Source: a virus (Duplodnaviria; Caudoviricetes). From it: a stretch of 64,000 bases of DNA. Numbering within the stretch: position 1 is the first letter of the stretch; each line of letters starts with the position of its first letter. The stretch lies in IMG/VR virus record IMGVR_UViG_3300026159_000398, one strand, 5' to 3'. Positions 20,189 through 29,606 of this stretch are shown here, in pieces. A model generated the notes under the pieces. It was not told the DNA's origin. It searched no databases and worked only from the letters and a program-made list of their open reading frames with translations. The translations under genes were made by a program, and so were the position numbers.

Positions 20189-21812
20189 ATTATATTGTGA
20201 AGCCATATCCAGTTCCAACGTGAACGTATTTGTGGTATTCCCGGGTAGATTTCAACCATTTACCAAAGGGCATTTTGATGGTGTTAAAACCGCTCTAGAT
20301 ATTGCTGGACCATATTTGAACAAACTGATTGTTTTGACGAGTGATATTCGAGGCGAAAAAAGCTTTCTGTCATTTGAAGAAAGAAAGTATTTAATAGAAG
20401 AAGGTGTAAATCACGATGCTAGAGTAGTTGTACGTCAGTTAAAAGAAGGAACTCCGTACAACTACAAAAGCATTCTGAATAGCATTCCTGAAATTGATTC
20501 ATCCAAACACCATTTAATTCTTTTAGTCACATCTGCAGATGACGCCAATAGAATTAAGAATGCGTTTCCAATTAACTCTCTTGAAGACATTGAGAACCTT
20601 GCAGGAAAAGCAGGATTCGAAAGACGCGTCAAAATGGTCAAGGATAAAATTGGTGATAAATTCAATCCAAAGACATTTGTCTTTTCAGCCATGGGCAAAA
20701 TTGTAATGCCTCGCATGAAAGAAGGCGGCCAAAAGATTTCTGGAACAAGAGCACGCGAAGCAATCAAAAACAATGATTGGAAAACCGTGCAGCAATTAGT
20801 TCCATACACCATAAACGAACACATAAAGACTATTTTAAAGAAACTAATTTCCATGGAAAATGCCGTAACACCACCTGAAATGAAAGCAGATAAAGGTCTC
20901 CATTTGGAACACCTTGAAAAAGCAATTACTCGACCATCACGTAAAGAAGCTGCTCTTGATATTCTGCAGAAACTCATAAATGCCAATAAGAATCTTGTTG
21001 TAACTCAAAAGATCGATGGCCGCCCAGTAATCATATTTGGTCGTGACATGGACAATAAATTCTTTATTGGCATGAAAGATGAAGTTCTCAAAGGACGATT
21101 CATGAAGTCGTACGACGACATTGAAAGCTTTCATTCATTTGACGAAAAGAAAGCTGGTGACAAAGCAGAAATGGTCAAAGGAAAACTTGGTGGCAAAATC
21201 AAAATGTTCACCACTTTATTTCAGACTCTTTCAGGCATGAAGATTCCTGCTGGAGTCGCGTACGCAGCTGATGTTTTGTTTTACCCAGGTTTTGGCAATA
21301 AATCAATGAAGAATAATATGTACGCCGTAAAGCCTAATACGACGTGGTACATTGCAACTAATAAAGACATTTCAGAAAGAATCAAAGCTGCAGAAATTGG
21401 GCTCGCTGTTCATACTCGTTTCAAAATGGATGGTGGAGTTTCTAATCCTGTGGCAGTCACGACCGCAACAAGCGGACTTCAACAGATTCCTCAAGTATTT
21501 ATTCCACGAACACAATTCAATCTTGAACCGTTGCGTGGTGTAGAATCAGACCTGGCTAAGTTCAAAAGAACTGGTGATGTTGAAGCAATAAAGAAAATAA
21601 GAAATAAACTTCTTGATAAATATCAACAATTGGATTTACGAGCAGAAGTAACCACAAGTGATACAAGTGATGAAGTTTCTTCAGACAAAGGTGAAGGACT
21701 TGTCGTGCACGATTCAACCAACGGCAACACATTCAAAATTGTAGATCTTGAGGGATTCACCAAACATGCTCGTGAAATTCATGCAACAAGAAAACAAAAT
21801 ATGTGGAGTTAA
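20181..21812 (+). CDS. cytidylyltransferase-like (HxGH) domain fused to an RNA-ligase-like domain
   Basis: FPGRFQPFTKGH and ISGTRARE in the N-half; HLEH, TQKIDGRP (KxDG), GEGLVV and FKIVD ligase motifs in the C-half. Confidence 0.7.
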   Translation: MFKLYCEAISSSNVNVFVVFPGRFQPFTKGHFDGVKTALDIAGPYLNKLIVLTSDIRGEKSFLSFEERKYLIEEGVNHDARVVVRQLKEGTPYNYKSILNSIPEIDSSKHHLILLVTSADDANRIKNAFPINSLEDIENLAGKAGFERRVKMVKDKIGDKFNPKTFVFSAMGKIVMPRMKEGGQKISGTRAREAIKNNDWKTVQQLVPYTINEHIKTILKKLISMENAVTPPEMKADKGLHLEHLEKAITRPSRKEAALDILQKLINANKNLVVTQKIDGRPVIIFGRDMDNKFFIGMKDEVLKGRFMKSYDDIESFHSFDEKKAGDKAEMVKGKLGGKIKMFTTLFQTLSGMKIPAGVAYAADVLFYPGFGNKSMKNNMYAVKPNTTWYIATNKDISERIKAAEIGLAVHTRFKMDGGVSNPVAVTTATSGLQQIPQVFIPRTQFNLEPLRGVESDLAKFKRTGDVEAIKKIRNKLLDKYQQLDLRAEVTTSDTSDEVSSDKGEGLVVHDSTNGNTFKIVDLEGFTKHAREIHATRKQNMWS

Positions 21813-22492
21813 AAATGCCACCTAGAGGTTTTAAATGTTCTAAAGAAACTAAAGAAAAAATGAGTAAAAGTAAAAAAGGAAAAGTTTCTAATCGTAAAGG
21901 ACAAAAAGATTCTGAAATTACTCGATTAAATAAAAGTAATGCACATTTAGGAAAACAATGTTCTGAAGAAGCTAAATTAAAATTGCATAATATTCATGTT
22001 GGTAAAGTATTATCAGAAGAAACAAAACAAAAGATGCGCAAGCCAAAATCGGATATTCATAAACAAAAAATAAGTCAATCATTAAAAGGAAAAAAATTCT
22101 CAGAACAACGCAAAAATAGATTAAAAGAAAATTGGTCTCCAAACCCAAAAAGAAATTATGGTAAAGGAGGTATTTATAATGGAATTCCATTTGATTCTTC
22201 TTACGAACTCAAATTCATGCAACTTCTTGACGAATACAAAATTCCTTATGAAAGAGCAGACAATAAGAATTTCAGAGTAAAATATATTTTTGAAAATCAA
22301 GAACATTATTATTATCCTGATTTTTATTTGCCTAGAGAAGGAAGTGTTGTGGAAATTAAACCATTTTATAAATTAACTGAAATTGGTACATTAACTAAAT
22401 TAAATGCAGCTAAAGAAGTATATGGCAATAATTTTATTATTATTACTGAAAAAGAACTGCCAGAACTTATGAAAGGAAAAAACAATGTTTAA
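21803..22492 (+). CDS. homing endonuclease, NUMOD3 repeats + PD-(D/E)xK domain
   Basis: SEETKQKM repeats; YYPDFYLP..VVEIK. Confidence 0.8.
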   Translation: MELKMPPRGFKCSKETKEKMSKSKKGKVSNRKGQKDSEITRLNKSNAHLGKQCSEEAKLKLHNIHVGKVLSEETKQKMRKPKSDIHKQKISQSLKGKKFSEQRKNRLKENWSPNPKRNYGKGGIYNGIPFDSSYELKFMQLLDEYKIPYERADNKNFRVKYIFENQEHYYYPDFYLPREGSVVEIKPFYKLTEIGTLTKLNAAKEVYGNNFIIITEKELPELMKGKNNV

Positions 22493-23744
22493 TCAATATC
22501 TTGAAAATATACTTTCCAATGCGTTTCTCGAAGGTGGCAACGTTGCCGTTCGCAGCGGAGATAAATGGATTGGCGCGCAAAAGATTGACGTCAAAACTTA
22601 TGGTCGTGAAGCTTCAAGAGACGCTATCAAAGAAGTTCTGCACGCTCTTAATAAGAAACTACAACTGTGGAATGCTAAAGACATCGACAATGGTTTGATG
22701 CTTGCTGGTTCTGGCAAAGCATTATTCAATACCTCTATTAGTGATGAAGAGTTTCTTACTCATAAACCTCTTGTTGGTGATGTTGACGTCCAGATTCCCC
22801 TTGAAGCCAAACCTGCACTTGAAAAGATCTTAAAGCCGGGCGCCAGATTCGGCAAAGCAATTTATATTGGTGCTGGCGAAAAAGCTCAAGGTGGCGATCA
22901 AGAAGGTGCTCAAATAAATACGCTCTTTAAACTGCCTCTCGGTGATGGCGTAAATGCGCAATTTGACTTCGAATTCGTTGGATATGAAAAGAAAACGAAG
23001 CTGCCATCTGAATGGAGCCAATTTTCACACGGTTCATCATGGCGTGACACTTCTGTACAAATTAAAGGTGTACTGCATAAATACTTGCTTCGTGCTGTGG
23101 CTGCTGGTAAAATCAAAATAGCAAAAGTCACGACTCCTGCTGGAACCAAAATCAAAGAAGAACCAATAAAAGAACTTGCATTCTCTGTCGCTAAAGGTCT
23201 TCGCGTAAAAATGGTGCCTCTGGCAGATTATCTCGCTAACAAGCGAGTTCCTGATGAAAACAAAATCAAGCTTCTCAAGAATCTTGAAAAAGTAACTGGT
23301 AAAACTTCATTGCAACTCAAACGTGAAAAAGATATCATGATTGAAATGCCAACCGCAAGTTCAGAATACGTTACTGATGTTCAGCAAATCATGACTGATA
23401 TTGGATTGAAGTATAATAAAGCAGATGTGGATTCATTTGTTGGTGTGATTCAGATGCTCAAGGAAATGCCTGCAGCAAACATCACGAATATCTTCAATAA
23501 TTTTGTTGATTTATTATTTGAGCAGGAAATAGAAAACCCTGCAAATTATGCAGGGTCTGAAAAAGAAAAGATTCGTAAAGCTGCTGAAGTTGATGTCGCT
23601 GTGAAAAAAGCAGGAATAGACTACTTCATGCAAGAATTCCCTGCTTTGAAAGGACTTTCTCAATCGGTAAATCAACGACTCGTCGATTGGCAAAAAAATT
23701 ATGGCAAGCGTTATCAAGCTCGAAAAGAGGTTGGTACGGAATAG
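22485..23744 (+). CDS. Pol-beta-superfamily nucleotidyltransferase-like protein
   Basis: LAGS..GDVDVQI..AQFDFE (GS, DxD, third acidic residue). Confidence 0.6.
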   Translation: MFNQYLENILSNAFLEGGNVAVRSGDKWIGAQKIDVKTYGREASRDAIKEVLHALNKKLQLWNAKDIDNGLMLAGSGKALFNTSISDEEFLTHKPLVGDVDVQIPLEAKPALEKILKPGARFGKAIYIGAGEKAQGGDQEGAQINTLFKLPLGDGVNAQFDFEFVGYEKKTKLPSEWSQFSHGSSWRDTSVQIKGVLHKYLLRAVAAGKIKIAKVTTPAGTKIKEEPIKELAFSVAKGLRVKMVPLADYLANKRVPDENKIKLLKNLEKVTGKTSLQLKREKDIMIEMPTASSEYVTDVQQIMTDIGLKYNKADVDSFVGVIQMLKEMPAANITNIFNNFVDLLFEQEIENPANYAGSEKEKIRKAAEVDVAVKKAGIDYFMQEFPALKGLSQSVNQRLVDWQKNYGKRYQARKEVGTE

Positions 23745-23746
23745 AG

Positions 23747-23947
23747 TTAACCAATCCCTCTGCCATATCTTGCCGTATAAAGAGTATTACGAACGAGTCT
23801 TCGGATGTAGCACAATTCTTCTCGCTTTTGTTTTTTCGTGAGAACCAGCGTATCCATAAACTCGTCAACCAATTTATCAAGATCATATCCTGAATTCCTT
23901 GCTACCCAAAGTATGTTTTCAACTTTCAAAAAATCTTCAAATGTCAT
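23747..23947 (-). CDS. hypothetical protein
   Basis: Coupled to the helicase stop. Confidence 0.45.
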   Translation of the reverse strand: MTFEDFLKVENILWVARNSGYDLDKLVDEFMDTLVLTKKQKREELCYIRRLVRNTLYTARYGRGIG

Positions 23948-25278
23948 TCTCCGTTGTCCTCATCATCTAGTATAGGACTATCAAAGCTGTCGTAAATTCG
24001 TAAGCATGGATAGTCTACGTTCATTGGAAGGATGATATCCTTTTGTCCTTCGCGATCTTTTAGAATCTTAAAATTGATTCTGCCTCTTGAACGCTCTTCT
24101 GGAGTATTGATCATTGCAAGCATCCAGTCGGCAATTTTGTATTTTATGAATGACTCGCCCATTGTTGCTTCATTCAATTCTTCAACGGTCATATTGTACT
24201 GAACTACCGATTTCGACAATTGTCCTGCGGTGAGTACTGGAACGTTAATTTCCTGAGCGAGAGAGCGGAGACTTTCGAATGCTCCACCTGTGTCTTTGTA
24301 CATATTACCAAAGACTTTGGAGGGTTTGAGGATATCACCGTAATCGACGACGATGAGATCAATGTCCCGTAGATGAAGCCCAGCGTAAAGCTCAAGGTTG
24401 TAAAGATAACCCATAATGTGATGCTCAACAGTGGCTTTTCCAGTAGGAAACTCTTTGACGAACAATCTGTTTTCACATTTTTCATCTTCATAGAATTTTA
24501 TTACCTTTTCTTTTTGACCAACCAACTCCTTAAGAGGAATTTTCATTCCGTAAGCGTCCATTCGCTGGCATTTCTTTACTTCAGAAACTTCCAGTGTGAT
24601 AGAGACTACATTTTTTTTGAGATTCTTCCATGTATGGAATGACACGTTGTCCAGGAAAATTGTCTTTCCTACAGAACTGGAAGCAACATTCACATACAAT
24701 TGTTTACGGAACATGCCTTCTGAAATAGCATTGAGACGTTCCCATGGCCATCGTATGAGACCTTCGTATGCCGCTTCAATTTGTTTATAACGTTCGCGAG
24801 CCTCAGTGATTTGCATACCAAGATCGATATCATTATTCCACTGAACGGCCTCACGCATTACTTGCGTAATTTCAGGATATTTTTTCTGTTCTTTGAGGTC
24901 AATAATTTTAATGACGGCGTCTTCAATTTTCTTTTCGTGTATGAATTCATTGCATTCGTCGTACAAAAAGTCAATTTCATGTTTTGGCATTGATTTGACA
25001 TTTTTGTAAATGAGTTTAATTTGCTTGACGACTGAATCTTCGTAGCCTTTCTTTTCTGCCATACTGATGGCGGTTTCTTCAGTAGGAAACTCTTTGTATT
25101 TGTTGAAATAGACGCGAAGTATTTGGAACACGCGATTATTATCCCCATTTTTGAAATACATGGGATTGATGTGTTGGTACATGCGTATCCAAAGCTTTCT
25201 TTCTTGCATGAAAGCAGACAGTAAGTCTGTCTCCATGTCTTGAATAAAAGGAAATGTGTCTTGATTTATTTCGTTCAT
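23944..25278 (-). CDS. DnaB-like replicative helicase (gp41-like)
   Basis: ASSSVGKT, SITLE, IVVDYGD, TAGQL, KDR motifs. Confidence 0.9.
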   Translation of the reverse strand: MNEINQDTFPFIQDMETDLLSAFMQERKLWIRMYQHINPMYFKNGDNNRVFQILRVYFNKYKEFPTEETAISMAEKKGYEDSVVKQIKLIYKNVKSMPKHEIDFLYDECNEFIHEKKIEDAVIKIIDLKEQKKYPEITQVMREAVQWNNDIDLGMQITEARERYKQIEAAYEGLIRWPWERLNAISEGMFRKQLYVNVASSSVGKTIFLDNVSFHTWKNLKKNVVSITLEVSEVKKCQRMDAYGMKIPLKELVGQKEKVIKFYEDEKCENRLFVKEFPTGKATVEHHIMGYLYNLELYAGLHLRDIDLIVVDYGDILKPSKVFGNMYKDTGGAFESLRSLAQEINVPVLTAGQLSKSVVQYNMTVEELNEATMGESFIKYKIADWMLAMINTPEERSRGRINFKILKDREGQKDIILPMNVDYPCLRIYDSFDSPILDDEDNGE

Positions 25279-25451
25279 TAAACCCTCTTGATAATTTTTA
25301 CACGATGATCGAGCAGAAATAAGGCGAGTTTGTCAAGAAGTTGTTCTTCGGCTGTGGTTTTGAACTTACCGTTCTTTTCACGCATTATGATTTTGATGTC
25401 TTCCATCATGCCCATAACTTCTTTGTTTATCACTTTGTATTTCTGTTTCAT
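25278..25451 (-). CDS. small hypothetical protein
   Basis: GAGG SD and AATATAAT promoter upstream. Confidence 0.5.
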   Translation of the reverse strand: MKQKYKVINKEVMGMMEDIKIIMREKNGKFKTTAEEQLLDKLALFLLDHRVKIIKRV

Positions 25452-25541
25452 TTCGTACCTCTGATATATAATTATATTCCGGAAAAAGGCGCCACGATAA
25501 AAATTTGTGGACAAATATATAATTTAATAAAGGAGATAATT

Positions 25542-25790
25542 ATGGCAGAGCCAACCGTTAAAATAAACCCTGACGAATTATTCAATACCGTGATGGACAC
25601 TGTTTTCACTCCTACATTGGAGCGTCATAGTCAACCGGTCACTGAAGAGGCATTAGGAACCAAAATAGCTTCTATGAAGTTCAATCTCGAACGAGAAATT
25701 TTTGAAGTGCTTTCTCACTTTGATATTCCTCGTGAGAAAGCGATTGGAGCTGTCGCAAATTTTATCCAGAATTTAGCACGCATTAAATAG
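25542..25790 (+). CDS. small hypothetical protein
   Basis: AAGGAG SD before ATG 25542; TATAAT upstream. Confidence 0.55.
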   Translation: MAEPTVKINPDELFNTVMDTVFTPTLERHSQPVTEEALGTKIASMKFNLEREIFEVLSHFDIPREKAIGAVANFIQNLARIK

Positions 25791-26328
25791 GTTTTAAATG
25801 ACCAGTAACTTGGTCAATGATGGCTGATTCAGCCGGTCCAATAGCCATACAAGTGGTAGTTGGCTTGCTGACTTTGCCATCACCATCACATCTTATGCAT
25901 TTAAGTTCCATTGTGCTAGTGGCGCAAGAAACGCCAGTACCAAGGCAAACAGGACAAGTGTCAAAGAATTCGGTTTTGCCTGCATCCTCAATGACTGCAA
26001 AAGGAAGATCGAGAAAAGCCGCTTTATTGCGTAATTCGTAAAGTTCTTCCAGCGAACCAACACCTAAAACAATTTTAGTAAAAAGTCCATCAAGCCATTT
26101 ATCCCAATCAGAATTGGGGTCGTACATGAGTGACTTGATTTTGATGTCTTTTTGGTATGTTGGACCTATTTTATTTGATTGTTCATTGACCAAAAACACA
26201 GGAACAACTTTGCATTCAGTACTCATACGGTCAAGAAGTACTTTCATTGATGCGTGAGCTACTTGTGCACCTATTTTGCCTTTACGCATATTCAAATCGG
26301 TTCTTACGACTATAACTTGCTTTACCAT
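25783..26328 (-). CDS. pth2: peptidyl-tRNA hydrolase type 2 with inserted zinc finger
   Basis: KQVIVVRTDLNMRKGKIGAQVAHA, KIVL, DAGKTE, TCMAIGP..IDQVTGHL. Confidence 0.9.
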   Translation of the reverse strand: MVKQVIVVRTDLNMRKGKIGAQVAHASMKVLLDRMSTECKVVPVFLVNEQSNKIGPTYQKDIKIKSLMYDPNSDWDKWLDGLFTKIVLGVGSLEELYELRNKAAFLDLPFAVIEDAGKTEFFDTCPVCLGTGVSCATSTMELKCIRCDGDGKVSKPTTTCMAIGPAESAIIDQVTGHLKPI

Positions 26329-26645
26329 GGAAAAACACTCCCGCAATAATTACATTTTGATTTTCGTTCTGTTGGAGCACCACAACCAGGACATTTTTCA
26401 GGTCTTTTTTCTTTTTGTATTTGCCCGCGTTTATAGAATGGATTTACTTGTAATTCACTATTGAATTTTCTTCCACCTAAATCCATCGGCTCATAACCTG
26501 CTTCTTTCATACGTTTATCTGTATCAGCTGAAGACATATTGTTGACCCATTGTGTAGCCAAATGTCTAGCAACTGCTTCACGTTGAGCCATTGGTCCTAT
26601 GAGTGGTTTTGGTGTTGTTGGTTTTTTGTTACTGAAGAATCTCAT
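26322..26645 (-). CDS. hypothetical protein with C-terminal zinc ribbon
   Basis: CPGCG..CNYCG. Confidence 0.55.
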   Translation of the reverse strand: MRFFSNKKPTTPKPLIGPMAQREAVARHLATQWVNNMSSADTDKRMKEAGYEPMDLGGRKFNSELQVNPFYKRGQIQKEKRPEKCPGCGAPTERKSKCNYCGSVFPW

Positions 26646-26845
26646 ATCACTCCGCTACGCAATAAATTATTCGTCCATTGATCAAAACGAATAAAAACTT
26701 CGCTTTGATTATTTGGACATCTATGATACCGTAAAACTTCTGTTATGTAAATATCAGGTTCACAATTTGAGAATCCATAATATTCGACATTCTGAAAGCA
26801 ACCAGTCAATAATAGACAAATGAAAATTATTTTCTTCATTACCAA
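26642..26845 (-). CDS. putative lipoprotein
   Basis: MKKIIFICLLLTGC lipobox. Confidence 0.5.
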   Translation of the reverse strand: MVMKKIIFICLLLTGCFQNVEYYGFSNCEPDIYITEVLRYHRCPNNQSEVFIRFDQWTNNLLRSGVI

Positions 26846-26852
26846 AGTTCTT

Positions 26853-27515
26853 TTAAATTAGTTTATTGATTCTATTTTGAATTAGTCCGCGTGAACATCC
26901 CAGTTGATCAGCAATTTGTCTTTGTGTTTTACCACAATCTAATAATTTTAAAATCATTTCATCTTTAATGTTTTTTTTGCGATATATTGAAGCAATTGTT
27001 TTCATTTTTTCTTTTTCTATTGGATTTGAAAATCTTTTTTGTTGTGCTATTTTCATATTAACTGTATTGGCTTTTTTTACTTTTAATGATTTTCGCCATT
27101 TTAGATAATCTTTTTTAGATAATTTGTTAATTCTATCTTTTTGAGCAATTTTTTGTGAATTGCTCATTTTAAGCAAGCTTTCTGTTGAATGTTTATGACC
27201 AAAATTTCCTGATTTAGCCTTTGGAGTTAAATTATAACCATAAATTTCATCATAGTTTTGGCCATCACTTCCATAAGCACGATAAAAATATATACATTCT
27301 GTTTCAGCTTTATCTAATTCTTTTTTATTTTTACACAATCCAATAATTCTTTTTTCTAAATGATGATGACGAGTTTTTATTATTTCTTTTATTTGTTTGC
27401 CTGAACCAAAATATTTAGTAGTTTTAATAGGGTCTCCAAGTTTTTGTCCTACATAAACTTTGTGTGTATAATGATCAAGTATTAAATAAATATAACCAAA
27501 AGATTTTTTAGACAT
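26853..27515 (-). CDS. GIY-YIG homing endonuclease with C-terminal HTH
   Basis: GYIY..VYVG, YFGSG, GYNL; TQRQIADQLGCS. Confidence 0.85.
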   Translation of the reverse strand: MSKKSFGYIYLILDHYTHKVYVGQKLGDPIKTTKYFGSGKQIKEIIKTRHHHLEKRIIGLCKNKKELDKAETECIYFYRAYGSDGQNYDEIYGYNLTPKAKSGNFGHKHSTESLLKMSNSQKIAQKDRINKLSKKDYLKWRKSLKVKKANTVNMKIAQQKRFSNPIEKEKMKTIASIYRKKNIKDEMILKLLDCGKTQRQIADQLGCSRGLIQNRINKLI

Positions 27516-27561
27516 AATGATTGTTTCTCCAATATGATTATATTATCTTTTGGTAAATATA

Positions 27562-28581
27562 TTAAATAATTTTTTTTAGTTTCCATAGTAATTTGGCTTT
27601 ATAGTCCCAAAAATGAATTCTTTCTTTAAAATCAAATTTTATTCCTTTTTCGGCTAATGTGCCAAAATCTTTTTCATTTAAACCTTTATAATCGAATACA
27701 TAGACTCCGGGTTGATTATGTTCGGTCAACCATTCGGCCCATTTCCATCGAGCATTACGGCCGGCGTCATCATTGTCGAAAACAAGAATTACTTTATTAA
27801 GTTTCTTAGCAAGAATCTTTTTAAATTGTTCTTCAGTTCCGACACCGAACATCGCAACGCCATTAGGACGTTGGATTGCATCAAAACAAGCTTCAAATAC
27901 TGCGCAAGTGGTGCTGAGATTGTCAAGATTCCAGATCGGAAAAACATTTTCACCTCTACTTTTCTTCCATAATAATGGACTTTTGTTTTTAATATCTCGT
28001 CCTGCATAGAAGATTAAATTGCCATCTTCATACACAGGAAAAATTATTCTGTTCTCTTCTTTATTGACAAATAGAACCGTCTTTTTGATGCGATCTTCTG
28101 GAACTTTTCTAGCTCGCAAATAATCAGCATATTCAGTATGGACTTTAGCGTTAAATTTCTCAAACGTATCTGGAATATTTATGTCGCTGACTTCTGCACG
28201 TTCAGAAACAAATAGACAACGAGGTTTGCTGTTACCAAGCATCTCTTTGATGTCAACGCCAACCATGTAGCGTCCAATAAACCATTGCTTGGCTTCTTTA
28301 ACTGAATTAAGGTGCATTACCATTTTAACGAATTTGAAAAATTCTCCATGGTAATCTGAGCCATAAAGAGCTGCAGCCTTGAAGCCATTAAAGACTACAA
28401 TCTTTTTGTCGTCTACTTGCTTGACGCCAATGCCACACCTCCATTTTCGGTCATTTGTACCCCATGAAGGTGGTTCATTGATTTGAATTCTCCAAGCCTC
28501 AGGGTCGCTCTTTGCGATTTTATAAGGCCCGAGATTTTCGTCAGCAATAAAATTTACAACCGCATCTAGTGGTATAAACAT
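27562..28581 (-). CDS. DNA primase (TOPRIM)
   Basis: YLRAR, RIIFP, FEACFDA, VFDNDDAG, KDFG. Confidence 0.85.
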   Translation of the reverse strand: MFIPLDAVVNFIADENLGPYKIAKSDPEAWRIQINEPPSWGTNDRKWRCGIGVKQVDDKKIVVFNGFKAAALYGSDYHGEFFKFVKMVMHLNSVKEAKQWFIGRYMVGVDIKEMLGNSKPRCLFVSERAEVSDINIPDTFEKFNAKVHTEYADYLRARKVPEDRIKKTVLFVNKEENRIIFPVYEDGNLIFYAGRDIKNKSPLLWKKSRGENVFPIWNLDNLSTTCAVFEACFDAIQRPNGVAMFGVGTEEQFKKILAKKLNKVILVFDNDDAGRNARWKWAEWLTEHNQPGVYVFDYKGLNEKDFGTLAEKGIKFDFKERIHFWDYKAKLLWKLKKII

Positions 28582-28582
28582 A

Positions 28583-29050
28583 TTACTTTGTCGTGTCTTT
28601 TGCTTCCTTTGTTATTTCAACCAGATTGTCCATTGAGATCAAAAGTTCGCCATAAAGTTGCTCATGTGCCGTCTTGATATCAATACCTTCAGGCAGCGGA
28701 CGAGTTGCTCCAAGCGAATAACGTTTGTTGTCAACGAGCCAATCGATTTTCAAATCAACTACAGGTCTCTGTTGAATCTCAATTTTTTGAATGATTGCAG
28801 GGGGAACAGTGGATTGTGGTGCCACAGTTTTGGCTGCTGCGAGAGCTTCTCTTTCTGCTTGAACTTCTGCAGAAGATCTGCGTCTACGTACAGGCGGAGC
28901 CAGTGTTTCACCAATTTCTTTGAGGGATTTCCCACTCTTTATTAAGCTAGCGATCTTGTCAATTTCTTCTTGACTTAATACTACACTCTCTTGCACTTCT
29001 TGCGTTTCTTGAACCTCTTCAGCAGGGCTCACTACTTTCTTTCGTCTCAT
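28583..29050 (-). CDS. hypothetical protein
   Basis: ORF in the - strand chain. Confidence 0.55.
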   Translation of the reverse strand: MRRKKVVSPAEEVQETQEVQESVVLSQEEIDKIASLIKSGKSLKEIGETLAPPVRRRRSSAEVQAEREALAAAKTVAPQSTVPPAIIQKIEIQQRPVVDLKIDWLVDNKRYSLGATRPLPEGIDIKTAHEQLYGELLISMDNLVEITKEAKDTTK

Positions 29051-29051
29051 G

Positions 29052-29606
29052 TTACTTCAATCCTGTATATTTTTTCGTGTCAATCTTTGGTTTTATGATT
29101 GACTTGATTTTGCTGAAATAATCTTCTACACTGTCGACTATTTGAAAACTCGGAACAGCGAGCATAAATTCCTCAGGAGATTCTGCCGTCTCCTTGACTG
29201 CGTCAATCTCCTTCTGGACACTCCGCTTAATCTTTTCTTCGGAAGCCGATGCGGTCGATTTAAGCGTTTCAATAAACCTCCTCGACGTTTCAAAGCCGTA
29301 TGAAACGATCACTGCATTTTGGATGTGTGGCGTCTTATACACTCGATAACATTTTTGAATAACGTGAGGCAATTTAGGCTTTAAAAAATTGTGGTAGAAA
29401 CGATAGGCGTCTCGCGCATCAAGTCTTTTCAAAGCGACACGCGCTATCATTTCTACCAGTTCATCTGTAAGATCTTTAGACAGATAGTGGATATTGAGGC
29501 AATGAAGTACTTTATCGTCGGCATAAAGGACCAAAGCAAGGGGGTATGGGTCCTTATGGTAACGAGAGTACTTGAAGTACGCGATATATCCACGTTTCAG
29601 CTGCAT
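29052..29606 (-). CDS. DNA end-protector-like protein (T4 gp2-like)
   Basis: DPYPLALVL..CLNIHYL..CYRVY pattern. Confidence 0.6.
   Translation of the reverse strand: MQLKRGYIAYFKYSRYHKDPYPLALVLYADDKVLHCLNIHYLSKDLTDELVEMIARVALKRLDARDAYRFYHNFLKPKLPHVIQKCYRVYKTPHIQNAVIVSYGFETSRRFIETLKSTASASEEKIKRSVQKEIDAVKETAESPEEFMLAVPSFQIVDSVEDYFSKIKSIIKPKIDTKKYTGLK

Noticed and set aside
13308-28581. Inteins or group I introns in terminase, helicase or primase
   Set aside because: ORFs are continuous and of normal size; the endonucleases lie between genes.
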